Shown in pieces: positions 27,354 to 36,923 of a stretch of DNA of 64,000 bases. The stretch covers positions 578,714 through 642,713 of the forward strand of contig CAVPPF010000005.1 of NCBI GenBank assembly GCA_963707435.1. The letters run 5' to 3'. The translations under genes were made by a program, and so were the position numbers. This DNA is from an uncultured Actinomycetota bacterium. Its GTDB lineage: Bacteria; Actinomycetota; Acidimicrobiia; Spongiisociales; UBA4744. Below the pieces are notes generated by a model. That model was not told the origin of the DNA. It ran no database searches and saw nothing but the letters and a program-made list of their open reading frames with translations. Within the stretch, counting starts at the first letter, position 1; every line of letters starts with the position of its first letter.

Positions 27354-28282
27354 GCGATTTCTTCACCACGGCCGTACTGGTCGCCACCGCCGCCTCCGGC
27401 ATCCGCCTCGCCGTCCCGCTGCTGTTTGCTTCCCTCGGCGAGACCTTCGGGCAGCGCAGTGGTGTGCTCAACCTCGGTGTCGACGGCATCATGCTGCTCG
27501 GGGCGTTCGGCGGCTACTACGCGGTGCTGCAGACGGGTAGCGTCTGGCTGGGGCTGCTGGTCGGAATAGCGGTCGGGCTCCTGCTCGGCCTGATCTCGGC
27601 GGTGATCTCCGTCACCCTGAAGGCCGAACAGGGCATCAGCGGTATCGGTATCTACCTGTTCGGGCTCGGCATGAGCGACCTCTTGTTCCAGAAACTGGTC
27701 GGTACCCCCCTGCCAATCACGAAATTCCCCAAATTGAACATCCCGGTTCTCAGCGACATCCCCATCATCGGCGAATTGCTCTTCCAACACAGCGTGGTCG
27801 TCTACCTGGCTTTCCTGGCCGTCCCGATCAGCATGTACATCATCAACAAGACCACCTTCGGGATGAACATCCGGGCGGTGGGCGAAAACCCGGAGGCTGC
27901 CGACAGTCTCGGGGTCAGCGTGAACCGGGTCCGCTATGCCACCGTCACGATCGGCGGCACACTGGCCGGTGTGGCCGGGGCCGCCCTGGCCATCGACCTC
28001 GGCATCTTCCAGCAGAACCTGACCAACGCCGCCGGGTTCATCGCAATTGCCCTCGTGTATTTCGGGGCATGGCGCCCGATCGGCGTGATGCTCGGATCAC
28101 TGCTGTACGGGTTCGTCAACGCGATCGTGCTGCAGCTCAAGACCCTGTCCATCATCCCGCCGGACTTGTCGAACTTCGCGGCCATGGCGCCCGCCATCTT
28201 TACGATTCTGGCGCTCGTGATTGTCGCCCGTCGCTTCAAGGCGCCGGCAGCACTCACGAAGCCCTACTCACGAGGAGAATGA
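27350..28282 (+). CDS. Nucleoside/purine ABC transporter permease
   Basis: LGETFGQRSGVLNLGVDG, RAVGENPEAADSLGVSV, GFIAIALVYFGAWRP. Confidence 0.92.
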   Translation: MSDFFTTAVLVATAASGIRLAVPLLFASLGETFGQRSGVLNLGVDGIMLLGAFGGYYAVLQTGSVWLGLLVGIAVGLLLGLISAVISVTLKAEQGISGIGIYLFGLGMSDLLFQKLVGTPLPITKFPKLNIPVLSDIPIIGELLFQHSVVVYLAFLAVPISMYIINKTTFGMNIRAVGENPEAADSLGVSVNRVRYATVTIGGTLAGVAGAALAIDLGIFQQNLTNAAGFIAIALVYFGAWRPIGVMLGSLLYGFVNAIVLQLKTLSIIPPDLSNFAAMAPAIFTILALVIVARRFKAPAALTKPYSRGE

Positions 28283-28318
28283 GCAAGGACCAGACGGTCC
28301 CCACAACGAGGAGGAACA

Positions 28319-29383
28319 TTGAAAAAGCACAGAATGACCTGGCTGATCTTGGTATTGGCGCTGGCACTGGTTGCCGCGGCTTGCGGCGATACGGCCGATG
28401 AAGAAACGACCACAACCGCCGCATCCGGCGAGACGACGACCACTGCGGCGTCGGGTGAGACCACCACGACGGGTGCGGCCGCAGAGGCCTTCCGTATCGC
28501 CATCGTGGCGCCGTCGGCACAGAATGACCTCGCATTCACTCAGTCGATCGTCGACGCCGTCAATGTGATCAAGGGTGAGATGGGGTTGGCGGATAGCGAT
28601 ATTCAGATCACCGACGGCACGTTCGTCGTTGAGGATGCCGCCGCCGCCATCCGCGCCTACGCCGCCGACGGCGTGGATCTGGTCATCGCTCACGGATCCC
28701 AGTACGGAGGTTCACTCCAGGAAATCGCCCCGGATTTCCCGGACACGTCCTTCGCCTGGGGTACGGCAGCAGACACGTTCGGGTTGGACAACGTCTTCTC
28801 CTACGAAGCGGCCTCCGACGAGGGTGGCTATGTGATGGGCGTCATGGCGGCAGCTCTGAGTGAGAGCGGCACGATTGGCATCGTCGGACCCGTCGAGGTA
28901 GGCGACGCGAAGCTCTATGTCGACGGATTCAAGGCGGGTGTGCTCGCCCAGGATCCCGGCGCCAACGTATTGGTCAACTACACGGACTCGTTCAGCGACG
29001 TAGCCCTCGCCTCGGAAGCTGCCCAGGCTTTCGCCGCCAACGGAGCAGACGTGATGTCGGGGACGGCTCAGATGGTCGTCGGAGCGGTGACCGTCGCCAG
29101 CGACACCGACATCCTGTGGTTCGGGACCCAGGCCAATCAGACCAGCCTGGCGCCGAGCATCGTCGTGGCGTCTCAGGTCTACCACTGGGAAGTTGTCCTG
29201 CGTGACATCGTCTCCAAGATCCAGGCCGGAACGCTCGGCGGTGAGATCTACGTGATCGATCTGGCCAATGGTGGCGAAGTGATCGAGTACAACGACGCAT
29301 TCGCGCTTCCTGCCGACGTCAGACAGCTTGGGGACGACACCGTTGCCGGCATCATCGACGGATCGATCACGACCGGCGGCTAG
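28319..29383 (+). CDS. BMP/PnrA-family substrate-binding lipoprotein
   Basis: TTG start after GAGGAGG; lipobox AAAC; Thr-rich linker; DLVIAHG and EGGYVMGVMAA. Confidence 0.9.
   Translation: MKKHRMTWLILVLALALVAAACGDTADEETTTTAASGETTTTAASGETTTTGAAAEAFRIAIVAPSAQNDLAFTQSIVDAVNVIKGEMGLADSDIQITDGTFVVEDAAAAIRAYAADGVDLVIAHGSQYGGSLQEIAPDFPDTSFAWGTAADTFGLDNVFSYEAASDEGGYVMGVMAAALSESGTIGIVGPVEVGDAKLYVDGFKAGVLAQDPGANVLVNYTDSFSDVALASEAAQAFAANGADVMSGTAQMVVGAVTVASDTDILWFGTQANQTSLAPSIVVASQVYHWEVVLRDIVSKIQAGTLGGEIYVIDLANGGEVIEYNDAFALPADVRQLGDDTVAGIIDGSITTGG
28403..28471 (+). repeat. Imperfect 27-bp coding repeat (ETTTTAASG)
   Basis: ETTTTAASG-ETTTTAASG-ETTTT after the lipobox. Confidence 0.8.
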
Positions 29384-29418
29384 GAGGAAGTGTGAGGAGC
29401 GGCTGCGAGAAGGACTGT

Positions 29419-29446
29419 CGTACTTTGTACTTCGTACCTGGTACCG
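29419..29446. repeat. Degenerate heptamer array with GTAC core (4 units)
   Basis: CGTACTT TGTACTT CGTACCT GGTACCG. Confidence 0.75.
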
Positions 29447-29468
29447 CGACCTCAATCGTGGCAGTCGA

Positions 29469-29494
29469 CCGGGGCGGGCGGCCGCTCGCCCCGG
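29469..29494 (+). terminator. GC-rich hairpin after the binding-protein gene (mRNA stabiliser or partial terminator)
   Basis: CCGGGGCGGGCG/CGCTCGCCCCGG inverted repeat. Confidence 0.5.
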
Positions 29495-29516
29495 CTCACA
29501 ACCATGAGGTGGCAGT

Positions 29517-31046
29517 GTGAGCGAAACGCCGATGCTGGAGATGCGGGCGATCACCAAGCGGTTCCCCGGTGTCCTGGCCAACGACCGGGTCGACTTCGAC
29601 GTGATGGCCGGGGAAGTCCACACGCTGCTGGGTGAGAACGGGGCGGGCAAGAGCACCCTCATGAAGATCCTCTACGGGCTCTATCGCCAGGATGAGGGCG
29701 AAATCCTGCTGAACGGTTCTCCGGTTGAGATCCATAGCCCCACCGATGCGATCGACTTGAACATCGGCATGATCCATCAGCACTTCATGATGGTGGAGAG
29801 CCTGACCGTGGCCGAGAACGTGGCGCTCGGGCTGCCATCGAACCGGGGGTTCCGAACCGATCTTGACGCCGTTTCCGAAAGGATCACGGAACTCGGGTCG
29901 CGTTACGGCCTCAAGATCGATCCGAGTGCCACCGTCTGGCAGCTGTCGGTCGGTCAGAAACAGCGGGTGGAGATCATCAAGGCGCTCTACCGCAATGCCA
30001 ACCTGCTGATCCTCGATGAACCGACCGCCGTGCTGACCCCGCAAGAAGTGGACCAACTCTTTGCGACCCTCCGGCAAATGACGGCCGACGGTCGAGGCTT
30101 GATCTTCATCTCCCACAAGCTGCACGAAGTGCTCGCCCTCAGCGATCGCATAACCGTGCTGCGGCAGGGCCGCAAAACGGGTGAGGTACCGGTTGAGGGA
30201 GCAACCAGGGAAAGCCTCGCCCGGATGATGGTCGGGCGGGAAGTCAAGCTGGCACCGGACAAGCCGGAGGTCGAAACCGGGCGGGCGCGGCTCCGCATCG
30301 AAGGTCTGACCGTGCTGGGCGATCGAGGAGACGAGGCAGTCCGCGGCCTCAATCTGGAAGTCAAGGCGGGGGAAATTCTTGGACTGGCCGGCGTGTCCGG
30401 CAATGGCCAGCGCGAGATGGCCGAAACCATCGGTGGTCTTCGCTCACCGACCTCTGGATCGATCTTCATCGATGACGTCGACGTAGCCGGCAAGCTTCCC
30501 ATCGAGATCCGGCAAGCCGGTCTCTCCTACGTGCCCGAAGGACGCATGAAGAACGGCTGCATCGGCGAGTTCACGATTTCCGAGAACCTCCTGTTGGTCG
30601 ATCACAAGGACCCCCGTTTCGTGAAGAGGGGTCTGTTTGATTTTGGCGCCATCAAGGAGCATTCGGCTCAATTGGTCAAGGAGTATGCGGTCAAGACGCC
30701 GACCCTGGAGACCACCGCCCGCAGCCTGTCGGGTGGGAACATCCAGAAAGTGATTCTGGCGCGAGAGATCTCGGGGACGCCCAAGGTGCTGCTGGCATCC
30801 CAGCCCACCCGTGGTGTGGATATCGGAGCCGCCGAGTACATCCACAAACGTCTGGTCGGTCAGCGCGAAGCAGGCACCGCCATCCTGGTGATCTCTGAGG
30901 ACCTCGACGAGGTATTCGGGCTTTCCGATCGTATCGCGGTCATCTATGAGGGACAGATCATGGGCATCGTGGATCCGGCTACCACGAGCCGCGAGGAGAT
31001 CGGGTTGATGATGGCCGGCGTCCGACCGGAGTCTGCTGCAAGCTGA
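29517..31046 (+). CDS. Sugar/nucleoside ABC transporter ATP-binding protein (two NBDs)
   Basis: GENGAGKST, LSVGQKQRVEI, LILDEPT, LSGGNIQK. Confidence 0.95.
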   Translation: MSETPMLEMRAITKRFPGVLANDRVDFDVMAGEVHTLLGENGAGKSTLMKILYGLYRQDEGEILLNGSPVEIHSPTDAIDLNIGMIHQHFMMVESLTVAENVALGLPSNRGFRTDLDAVSERITELGSRYGLKIDPSATVWQLSVGQKQRVEIIKALYRNANLLILDEPTAVLTPQEVDQLFATLRQMTADGRGLIFISHKLHEVLALSDRITVLRQGRKTGEVPVEGATRESLARMMVGREVKLAPDKPEVETGRARLRIEGLTVLGDRGDEAVRGLNLEVKAGEILGLAGVSGNGQREMAETIGGLRSPTSGSIFIDDVDVAGKLPIEIRQAGLSYVPEGRMKNGCIGEFTISENLLLVDHKDPRFVKRGLFDFGAIKEHSAQLVKEYAVKTPTLETTARSLSGGNIQKVILAREISGTPKVLLASQPTRGVDIGAAEYIHKRLVGQREAGTAILVISEDLDEVFGLSDRIAVIYEGQIMGIVDPATTSREEIGLMMAGVRPESAAS

Positions 31047-31047
31047 G

Positions 31048-32220
31048 TCAGCCCCTCAGCGCTTGCTCGAGGTCTTCTTTCAGGTCGTCGACGTCCTCCA
31101 GGCCGACCGACAAGCGCACGAAACCTTCCGTGATGCCGACCGTCGCCCGCTCTTCGGGAGTCAACCTCGAGTGGGTCGTGGTGGCCGGATGGGTGGCAAG
31201 GCTCTTGGCGTCCCCCAGGTTGTTCGAGATGTCGAAGAGCTGCAGAGCGTTCATGAACCGGAAAGCTGCCGCCCGACCTCCCTCCAGTTCCACGGCAACC
31301 ATGGAGCCTCCGAGCGACATCTGCCGCCGGGCGAGTTCTGCCTGAGGATGTGAATCCGCTGTGGGGTACTGCGTCTTGAGCACTCCGGGCCGGGTTTCGA
31401 TGAACCGGGCCAGCTCGGCTGCCGACGTGGACTGTTGAACCACCCGCAGATCGAGCGTTTCGAGGCTCTTGGTGAGGACCCACGCATTGAAGGCGCTCAT
31501 GGTCGGCCCGGTATGGCGCTGAAACTCCCTGAACGGTCCGTCGATGAAGTCGAGTGATCCGAGAACCGCTCCACCCATGGTGCGACCCTGGCCGTCGAGG
31601 TGTTTCGTTGTCGAGTACGTGACCACATCGGCGCCTAGCTCGATCGGCCGCTGCACGACGGGAGTGGCAAACACATTGTCGGCAACGACGATGGCTCCGG
31701 CCGCATGGGCTCGCTCGGCAACTGCGGCAATGTCGATGATCTCCAGGAGCGGATTGGAGGGGGTTTCGAGAAACACCATCTTGGTGGGCGTTTCCAGGGC
31801 GGCCTCCCAGGCGTCGAGGTCCCGCCCGTCGACCAGCCGCGTATCGATCCCCCAGCGCGGCAGCAGCGTCCCGAGCACGGCCAGCGTGGATCCAAAGAGG
31901 GAACGAGAGGCCACGACCCGGTCGCCCGACGACAGGTTGCAGGCCAGCGCCGCGAAGACCGCAGCCATCCCGCTGGCGGTCGCTCGACAGGCTTCTGCAC
32001 CGTCGAGCAGGCGCAGACGCTCTTCAAAAACCGACACCGTAGGGTTTCCGTAACGGCTGTAGATGTAGCCGTCGCGATCTCCCTTGAACACGGCCGCGGC
32101 TTCCTCGGCCGTTTCGTAGACGTATCCGGACGTCAGGTACAGCGCCTCGGCAGTTTCGCCGAAAGCCGACCGTTCCAGTCCGCCTCGTACCTGGTTGGTT
32201 TTGGGTCGTCGCTCGCTCAC
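31048..32220 (-). CDS. metZ: O-succinyl/acetyl-homoserine sulfhydrylase
   Basis: ETAEALYLTSGY, YSRYGNPT, ASGMAA, YSTTKHLDGQGR, SNNLGDAKSL; GTG 32220 after GGGAGG. Confidence 0.9.
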   Translation of the reverse strand: MSERRPKTNQVRGGLERSAFGETAEALYLTSGYVYETAEEAAAVFKGDRDGYIYSRYGNPTVSVFEERLRLLDGAEACRATASGMAAVFAALACNLSSGDRVVASRSLFGSTLAVLGTLLPRWGIDTRLVDGRDLDAWEAALETPTKMVFLETPSNPLLEIIDIAAVAERAHAAGAIVVADNVFATPVVQRPIELGADVVTYSTTKHLDGQGRTMGGAVLGSLDFIDGPFREFQRHTGPTMSAFNAWVLTKSLETLDLRVVQQSTSAAELARFIETRPGVLKTQYPTADSHPQAELARRQMSLGGSMVAVELEGGRAAAFRFMNALQLFDISNNLGDAKSLATHPATTTHSRLTPEERATVGITEGFVRLSVGLEDVDDLKEDLEQALRG

Positions 32221-32265
32221 CGGATCCTCCCGCCTGCAACGGTAGTAGCAGTACGCTGTTGCGCC

Positions 32266-33537
32266 ATGGCTGTTCCACTCCCGCGTCACCTGCTGCCCGA
32301 TACCGGCGCCGTCGTCGACGGCCGCTTGACGATCGGCGGTTGCGACACACTCGATCTCGCCGCTCGGTTCGGCACTCCCCTGTTCGTCTACGACGAAGAG
32401 CACCTCCGGGCCCGCAGTCGAGAGGCGGTAGCCACCTTCGGCAATGGAGTTGCGTATGCAACCAAAGCCTTCCTGTGCAAGGCGATGGCCCGGCTCGCCC
32501 ACGAGGAAGGCATGCATCTCGATGTGGCCACAGGCGGTGAACTGTGGGTGGCCGTCCAGGCCGGAGTTCCGGCCGGACGCCTCGTCTTGCACGGCAACAA
32601 CAAGTCGCCTGCCGAACTCGCCATGGCCCTCGACGCCGGCGTCGGAAGGATCGTGGTCGACTCATTCGACGAACTCCACCGCCTGGAGAAGCTCGCCGCA
32701 GACCGCAACCAACCGGCCACCGTGCTGATCCGGATCACACCGGGGGTCGAAGCCCATACCCACGAGTTCATTTCGACCGGCCACAACGACAGCAAATTCG
32801 GGTTCACGGTGTCGACCGGGGACGCCGACCGGGCGATCAACCTGGCCGGATCATCGCCGGCGCTGCATCTGGTGGGATTGCATGCCCATATCGGCAGCCA
32901 GGTCTTCCGGCTGGCTTCCTTCGAAGAGGCGGCCCGCGTGGTGGCTCGAGCGGCCGCACCCTATGACCTGCCGGAGTTGTCCCTCGGAGGCGGCCTGGGC
33001 GTTCCCTACGTTCTGGGAGAAACCGCCCCGTCGATCAGCGAATGGGGACGAGCCATCATCGCCGCGTGCCGGGCCGAAGGTGTGACCGGACGCATCACGG
33101 CGGAACCGGGCCGGGCCATCGTGGCGACGGCGGCCGTGACCCTCTACACAGCCGGGACGATCAAAGACATCCCGGACATCCGAACGTACGTTGCCGTCGA
33201 CGGCGGTATGAGCGACAACCCCCGGCCCGTTCTGTATGGAAGTGGCTACGAAGCCTTTCTCCCGCGGGCGGTCGACCGCGAGCGAACCCGGGCCGTGCGG
33301 ATCGTGGGCAAGCACTGCGAGTCCGGCGACGTGCTGGTCCAAGAAGCCTGGCTGCCGGATGATCTCGAGGTGGGCGATGTCCTGGCGACACCGGTGACCG
33401 GCGCCTACGGGCATTCGATGGGCTCGAACTACAACAAGGTCCTGCGTCCCGCCGTGGTCTTTTGCCGGGACGGGGAGGCCCGTCACGTCGTGCGGCGCGA
33501 GACCTACGACGACCTTCTCACGACGGATCTCGGGTAA
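32266..33537 (+). CDS. lysA: Diaminopimelate decarboxylase
   Basis: FGTPLFVYDE, YATKAF, HGNNKS, HIGSQ, EPGRA, GKHCESGD, TGAYG. Confidence 0.95.
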   Translation: MAVPLPRHLLPDTGAVVDGRLTIGGCDTLDLAARFGTPLFVYDEEHLRARSREAVATFGNGVAYATKAFLCKAMARLAHEEGMHLDVATGGELWVAVQAGVPAGRLVLHGNNKSPAELAMALDAGVGRIVVDSFDELHRLEKLAADRNQPATVLIRITPGVEAHTHEFISTGHNDSKFGFTVSTGDADRAINLAGSSPALHLVGLHAHIGSQVFRLASFEEAARVVARAAAPYDLPELSLGGGLGVPYVLGETAPSISEWGRAIIAACRAEGVTGRITAEPGRAIVATAAVTLYTAGTIKDIPDIRTYVAVDGGMSDNPRPVLYGSGYEAFLPRAVDRERTRAVRIVGKHCESGDVLVQEAWLPDDLEVGDVLATPVTGAYGHSMGSNYNKVLRPAVVFCRDGEARHVVRRETYDDLLTTDLG

Positions 33538-33576
33538 CGGAACAGCTGCCGCAACGGCGCGGATCAACGATCCCCC

Positions 33577-33680
33577 TTGACACTCTGCTCCCTGCCACCT
33601 AGAAACGCACCTTGAGCACTTACCCCACGCACTGCCTCCGCTATTGCATCGGGACTCCCGATGTGCGGGAGGTCGCATGA
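33577..33680 (+). promoter_or_regulatory. metX promoter and structured leader (SD-sequestering hairpin, 22-codon uORF)
   Basis: TTGACA-17-TAGAAA (33577-33605); hairpin 33635-33672 pairs CCTCC with GGGAGG; TTG uORF 33612-33680 overlaps the metX ATG. Confidence 0.5.
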
Positions 33681-34840
33681 CTTCAACCTTGCCATCGGTT
33701 GGTTCCACCGAGACACAGTTCTTCACCCTGGCCGAGCCTCTCGTGCTCCGCAGCGGGGAGACGCTGACTCGGGTCACCCTGGCCTACGAGACGTACGGCA
33801 CACTCAACGCCGCCGGAGACAATGCGATTCTGCTCTTCCATGCGTTGACCGGCAGCCAGCACGCCGCCGGGTTCAACGAAGCCGTGCCGGATGCAGAGCC
33901 GTTTTGGGTGGACGAGATGCAGACCGGATGGTGGGACGAGTTCATCGGACCGGGCAAGGCCCTCAACACAGACCGCTTCTTCGTGATCTGCGTGAACTAC
34001 CTGGGTGGCTGCTACGGGTCGACCGGGCCCGCTTCGATCAACCCTGTCACCGGCCGCCCGTACGGCTCCGGGTTCCCGCGGATCTCCCTGTCCGACGTGG
34101 TCGATGCACAGATGGCGGTTCTGGACGGGTTGGGCGTTGGGACACTCCACGCCGCCATCGGCGGTTCCGTCGGCGGAATGATGTGCGTCAACCTGGCGAC
34201 CCGCTACCCCGAACGGGTCAAGAACGTGATTCCGATCGCAGCGGGACTGACCGTCACAGCATTGCAACGCATCCATATCTTCGAGCAATGCAATGCCATC
34301 GAGAACGATCCCCACTTCGCCGGCGGCGACTACTACGCCGGGCCCACCCCCGACCGGGGGCTGGCCCTGGCGCGCATGATCGGCCACAAGTCATTCGTCT
34401 CTCTGCACGCCATCGAGGAGCGGGCTCGAAACGAAGTCGTCGACCGGGACGAGACCGGCGGACATATCCAGATCGTCAACCCCATCGAGTCGTACATGTG
34501 GCACCAGGGAACGAAGTTCGTGAAGCGTTTCGACGCCAACAGTTACCTGCGCATCATGGAACTCTGGCAAACGTTCGACCTGGTCGATCAGGCAGAAGGG
34601 CCCGACCTTCCATCGGTTCTCCGACGCTGCCGGGACCAGCGGTTCATGGTGTTCAGCATCGACTCCGACGTCTGCTACTACCCCGACGAACAGGAAGACA
34701 TGGTCCGGGCCCTCAAGGGAGCCGGGGTGCCGGTGCAGAGGATCACAGTCCACTCCGAGAAGGGCCACGACTCGTTCCTGCTCGAACCGGAGCGGTTCGC
34801 CCCGCACCTGATCGACACGCTGGAATGGGAGCGATGGTGA
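33677..34840 (+). CDS. metX: Homoserine O-acetyltransferase
   Basis: AYETYG, HALTG, IGPGKALNT, GSTGP, IGGSVGGM, RFDANSY, GHDSFL. Confidence 0.93.
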   Translation: MTSTLPSVGSTETQFFTLAEPLVLRSGETLTRVTLAYETYGTLNAAGDNAILLFHALTGSQHAAGFNEAVPDAEPFWVDEMQTGWWDEFIGPGKALNTDRFFVICVNYLGGCYGSTGPASINPVTGRPYGSGFPRISLSDVVDAQMAVLDGLGVGTLHAAIGGSVGGMMCVNLATRYPERVKNVIPIAAGLTVTALQRIHIFEQCNAIENDPHFAGGDYYAGPTPDRGLALARMIGHKSFVSLHAIEERARNEVVDRDETGGHIQIVNPIESYMWHQGTKFVKRFDANSYLRIMELWQTFDLVDQAEGPDLPSVLRRCRDQRFMVFSIDSDVCYYPDEQEDMVRALKGAGVPVQRITVHSEKGHDSFLLEPERFAPHLIDTLEWERW

Positions 34841-34846
34841 GGGACA

Positions 34847-34923
34847 AGTACTCAGTACCTAGTACCTAGTACCTGGTACTCAGTACTCAGTACCTAGTAC
34901 CTGGTACTCAGTACTCCGTACGG
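34847..34923. repeat. Heptamer tandem array with GTAC core (11 units) between convergent metX and hisIE
   Basis: AGTACTC, AGTACCT x3, GGTACTC, AGTACTC, AGTACCT x2, GGTACTC, AGTACTC, CGTACGG. Confidence 0.95.
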
Positions 34924-34934
34924 ATCAGGGGTGG

Positions 34935-35546
34935 TTATCGAGAGCGGTCGCGGAGGACCGTCGCTACATCGCCTGGGGACAGGCCTCGTTCGGCCAGCAG
35001 CACCAGCAGGTGGTAGACCAGGTCGGCCGACTCCTCCGCAACCCGGCCGGCTGACCCGGTGCCGGCGGCGTGGTCCTTGGCGGCGAGCAGCACCTCGGTC
35101 GCCTCTTCGGTGATTTTCCGTCCCACGGCATCCACTCCCCCCTCGAGCAATGATGCGGTATAGGAACCCTCCGGTCGATCGGCCATCCTCTCGACGATCA
35201 CCGGCCACAGTTCGGGTGGCACCAGTGAATCCCGAAGCCCCCCGGCGGTATCGAAACAACCGACGGCACCGGTGTGGCACGCCGGTCCGGCCGGTACGGC
35301 CTGGATGAGCAGCGCGTCGCCATCACAATCCGCACTGATTTCCTTGACGGTCAAGGTGTTACCGCTCGTGGCGCCCTTGTGCCAGATCTCCCGGCGCGAA
35401 CGGCTCCAGAAGTGCACCTCTCCCGTCTCCCGGGTGAGTTCGAGGCTGTCCCGGTTGAGGAAAGCAACCATCAAGACCTGCCCGGTGCGGGCATCCTGGA
35501 CGATCCCGGGAACAAGACCCTCGGCGTCGTATCGCACGGCCGTCAC
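34935..35546 (-). CDS. hisIE: Bifunctional PR-AMP cyclohydrolase / PR-ATP pyrophosphatase
   Basis: [47 protein letters not shown]. Confidence 0.95.
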   Translation of the reverse strand: MTAVRYDAEGLVPGIVQDARTGQVLMVAFLNRDSLELTRETGEVHFWSRSRREIWHKGATSGNTLTVKEISADCDGDALLIQAVPAGPACHTGAVGCFDTAGGLRDSLVPPELWPVIVERMADRPEGSYTASLLEGGVDAVGRKITEEATEVLLAAKDHAAGTGSAGRVAEESADLVYHLLVLLAERGLSPGDVATVLRDRSR

Positions 35547-36316
35547 GACGTCACCTCCATGGGTCGAACAGGGATCCCGGCGGCGGCCAGGCCCTCCTTG
35601 AGGTCGGCAATGGCGATCTCGCGGCGATGGAAGATCGAGGCGGCCAGCACGGCGTCTGCCCGGTTGTGATCCAGGGCTTGCACGCAATGATCGATCGTTC
35701 CTGCTCCGCCGGAAGCGATGACCGGCACCGGAACTGCGGACCGCACCGCTTCGAGCAGTTCGAGGTCGTATCCGTCCTTGGTTCCATCCCGGTCCATGGA
35801 GGTCAGCAAGATCTCACCGGCTCCCCGGCGGGCTCCCTCGACGGCCCAGGCGACCACATCGAGTCCGGTCGCGGTGCGTCCGCCGTGCGTATACACGTGC
35901 CATGCGTCGCGGATCGTGCGCTTGGCGTCGATAGCCAGAACAACGCACTGGGAGCCGAACGCTCCGGCACACTCGGTGATCAAAGCAGGTCGTTCGACCG
36001 CTGCGGTATTGACCGTGACCCGGTCCGCTCCGGCACGCAAGGTGGCTCGCATGTCCTCGACGGTTCTCACTCCCCCGCCCACCGTGAGCGGCACGAAGAC
36101 CTGTTCGGCTGTGCGCCGCACCACATCGAGCATGGTGTCCCGACCTTCGTGGGAGGCCGTGATGTCGAGAAAACAGATCTCGTCGGCGCCTTCGGCAACG
36201 TAGCGGGCGGCCAGTTCGACCGGATCCCCTTCATCGGTCAGGTCGACGAACTGGACCCCCTTCACGACGCGCCCGTCGTGGACATCGAGACACGGGATGA
36301 TCCGCCTACGCAGCAC
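35543..36316 (-). CDS. hisF: IGP synthase cyclase subunit
   Basis: [41 protein letters not shown]. Confidence 0.96.
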   Translation of the reverse strand: MLRRRIIPCLDVHDGRVVKGVQFVDLTDEGDPVELAARYVAEGADEICFLDITASHEGRDTMLDVVRRTAEQVFVPLTVGGGVRTVEDMRATLRAGADRVTVNTAAVERPALITECAGAFGSQCVVLAIDAKRTIRDAWHVYTHGGRTATGLDVVAWAVEGARRGAGEILLTSMDRDGTKDGYDLELLEAVRSAVPVPVIASGGAGTIDHCVQALDHNRADAVLAASIFHRREIAIADLKEGLAAAGIPVRPMEVTS

Positions 36317-36923
36317 CGGCCACCTGCCCGCACTCGTCGACGAAATTGCCGAGTATGCGCAGCCCCGCCCGGCCGCTCCGCTCCGGGTGGAATTGCACTC
36401 CGACCCGGTTGGCCGACCGGACCGCAGCAACGAAGTCGCTGCCGTAGGTAGCGGTGGCGATCACGCCGGCGGGGTCCCGGGGAACCGGGGCGAAGCTATG
36501 AACGAAGTAGAACGTTGAACCATCGGGAATCCCCGCAAAGAGCGGATCGGCTCCGATTTCGAGGTCGTTCCATCCGATGTGCGGGAGACGAGGAGCAGAC
36601 GTCAACCTCCGCACCGAGCCGGGAATCAATCCCAGCAGCGCCCGCCCACCGTCTTCTTCCGAAGTGTCGAAGAAGAGTTGCAGCCCGACACATATCCCCA
36701 GAAGAGGTCCGGGCCAATCGGTCAGTGGCTCAATCAGGCCTGCCCGGCGGAGACGGTCCATGGCCGCCCCGGAAGCACCGACCCCCGGAAGAACGATTCC
36801 GTCTATCCCGGCCAGATCGGCGGGAGCCCCGGCAACGGTGACCAGGGCTCCCCGGTCCTGGAGGCCCTGCGCGATAGAAACGAGGTTCCCCGCGCCGTGG
36901 TCGATCACGGCGATCCGGGTCAC
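36306..36923 (-). CDS. hisH: IGP synthase glutaminase subunit
   Basis: [29 protein letters not shown]. Confidence 0.96.
   Translation of the reverse strand: MTRIAVIDHGAGNLVSIAQGLQDRGALVTVAGAPADLAGIDGIVLPGVGASGAAMDRLRRAGLIEPLTDWPGPLLGICVGLQLFFDTSEEDGGRALLGLIPGSVRRLTSAPRLPHIGWNDLEIGADPLFAGIPDGSTFYFVHSFAPVPRDPAGVIATATYGSDFVAAVRSANRVGVQFHPERSGRAGLRILGNFVDECGQVAGAA

Noticed and set aside
7267-31046. Cluster as a mobile genomic island
   Set aside because: No integrase, transposase, tRNA or flanking direct repeats seen, and codon style resembles the neighbouring genes.
31705-32592. Long overlapping N-terminal extensions of metZ and lysA in the ORF track
   Set aside because: Family similarity and start signals place the starts at 32220 and 32266.
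33545-33560. SAH-riboswitch-like CAACGGCGC fragment before metX
   Set aside because: The 5' conserved elements are absent and it lies upstream of the predicted promoter.
34847-34923. Possible CRISPR array
   Set aside because: Contiguous 7-bp units without spacers, and no cas genes.
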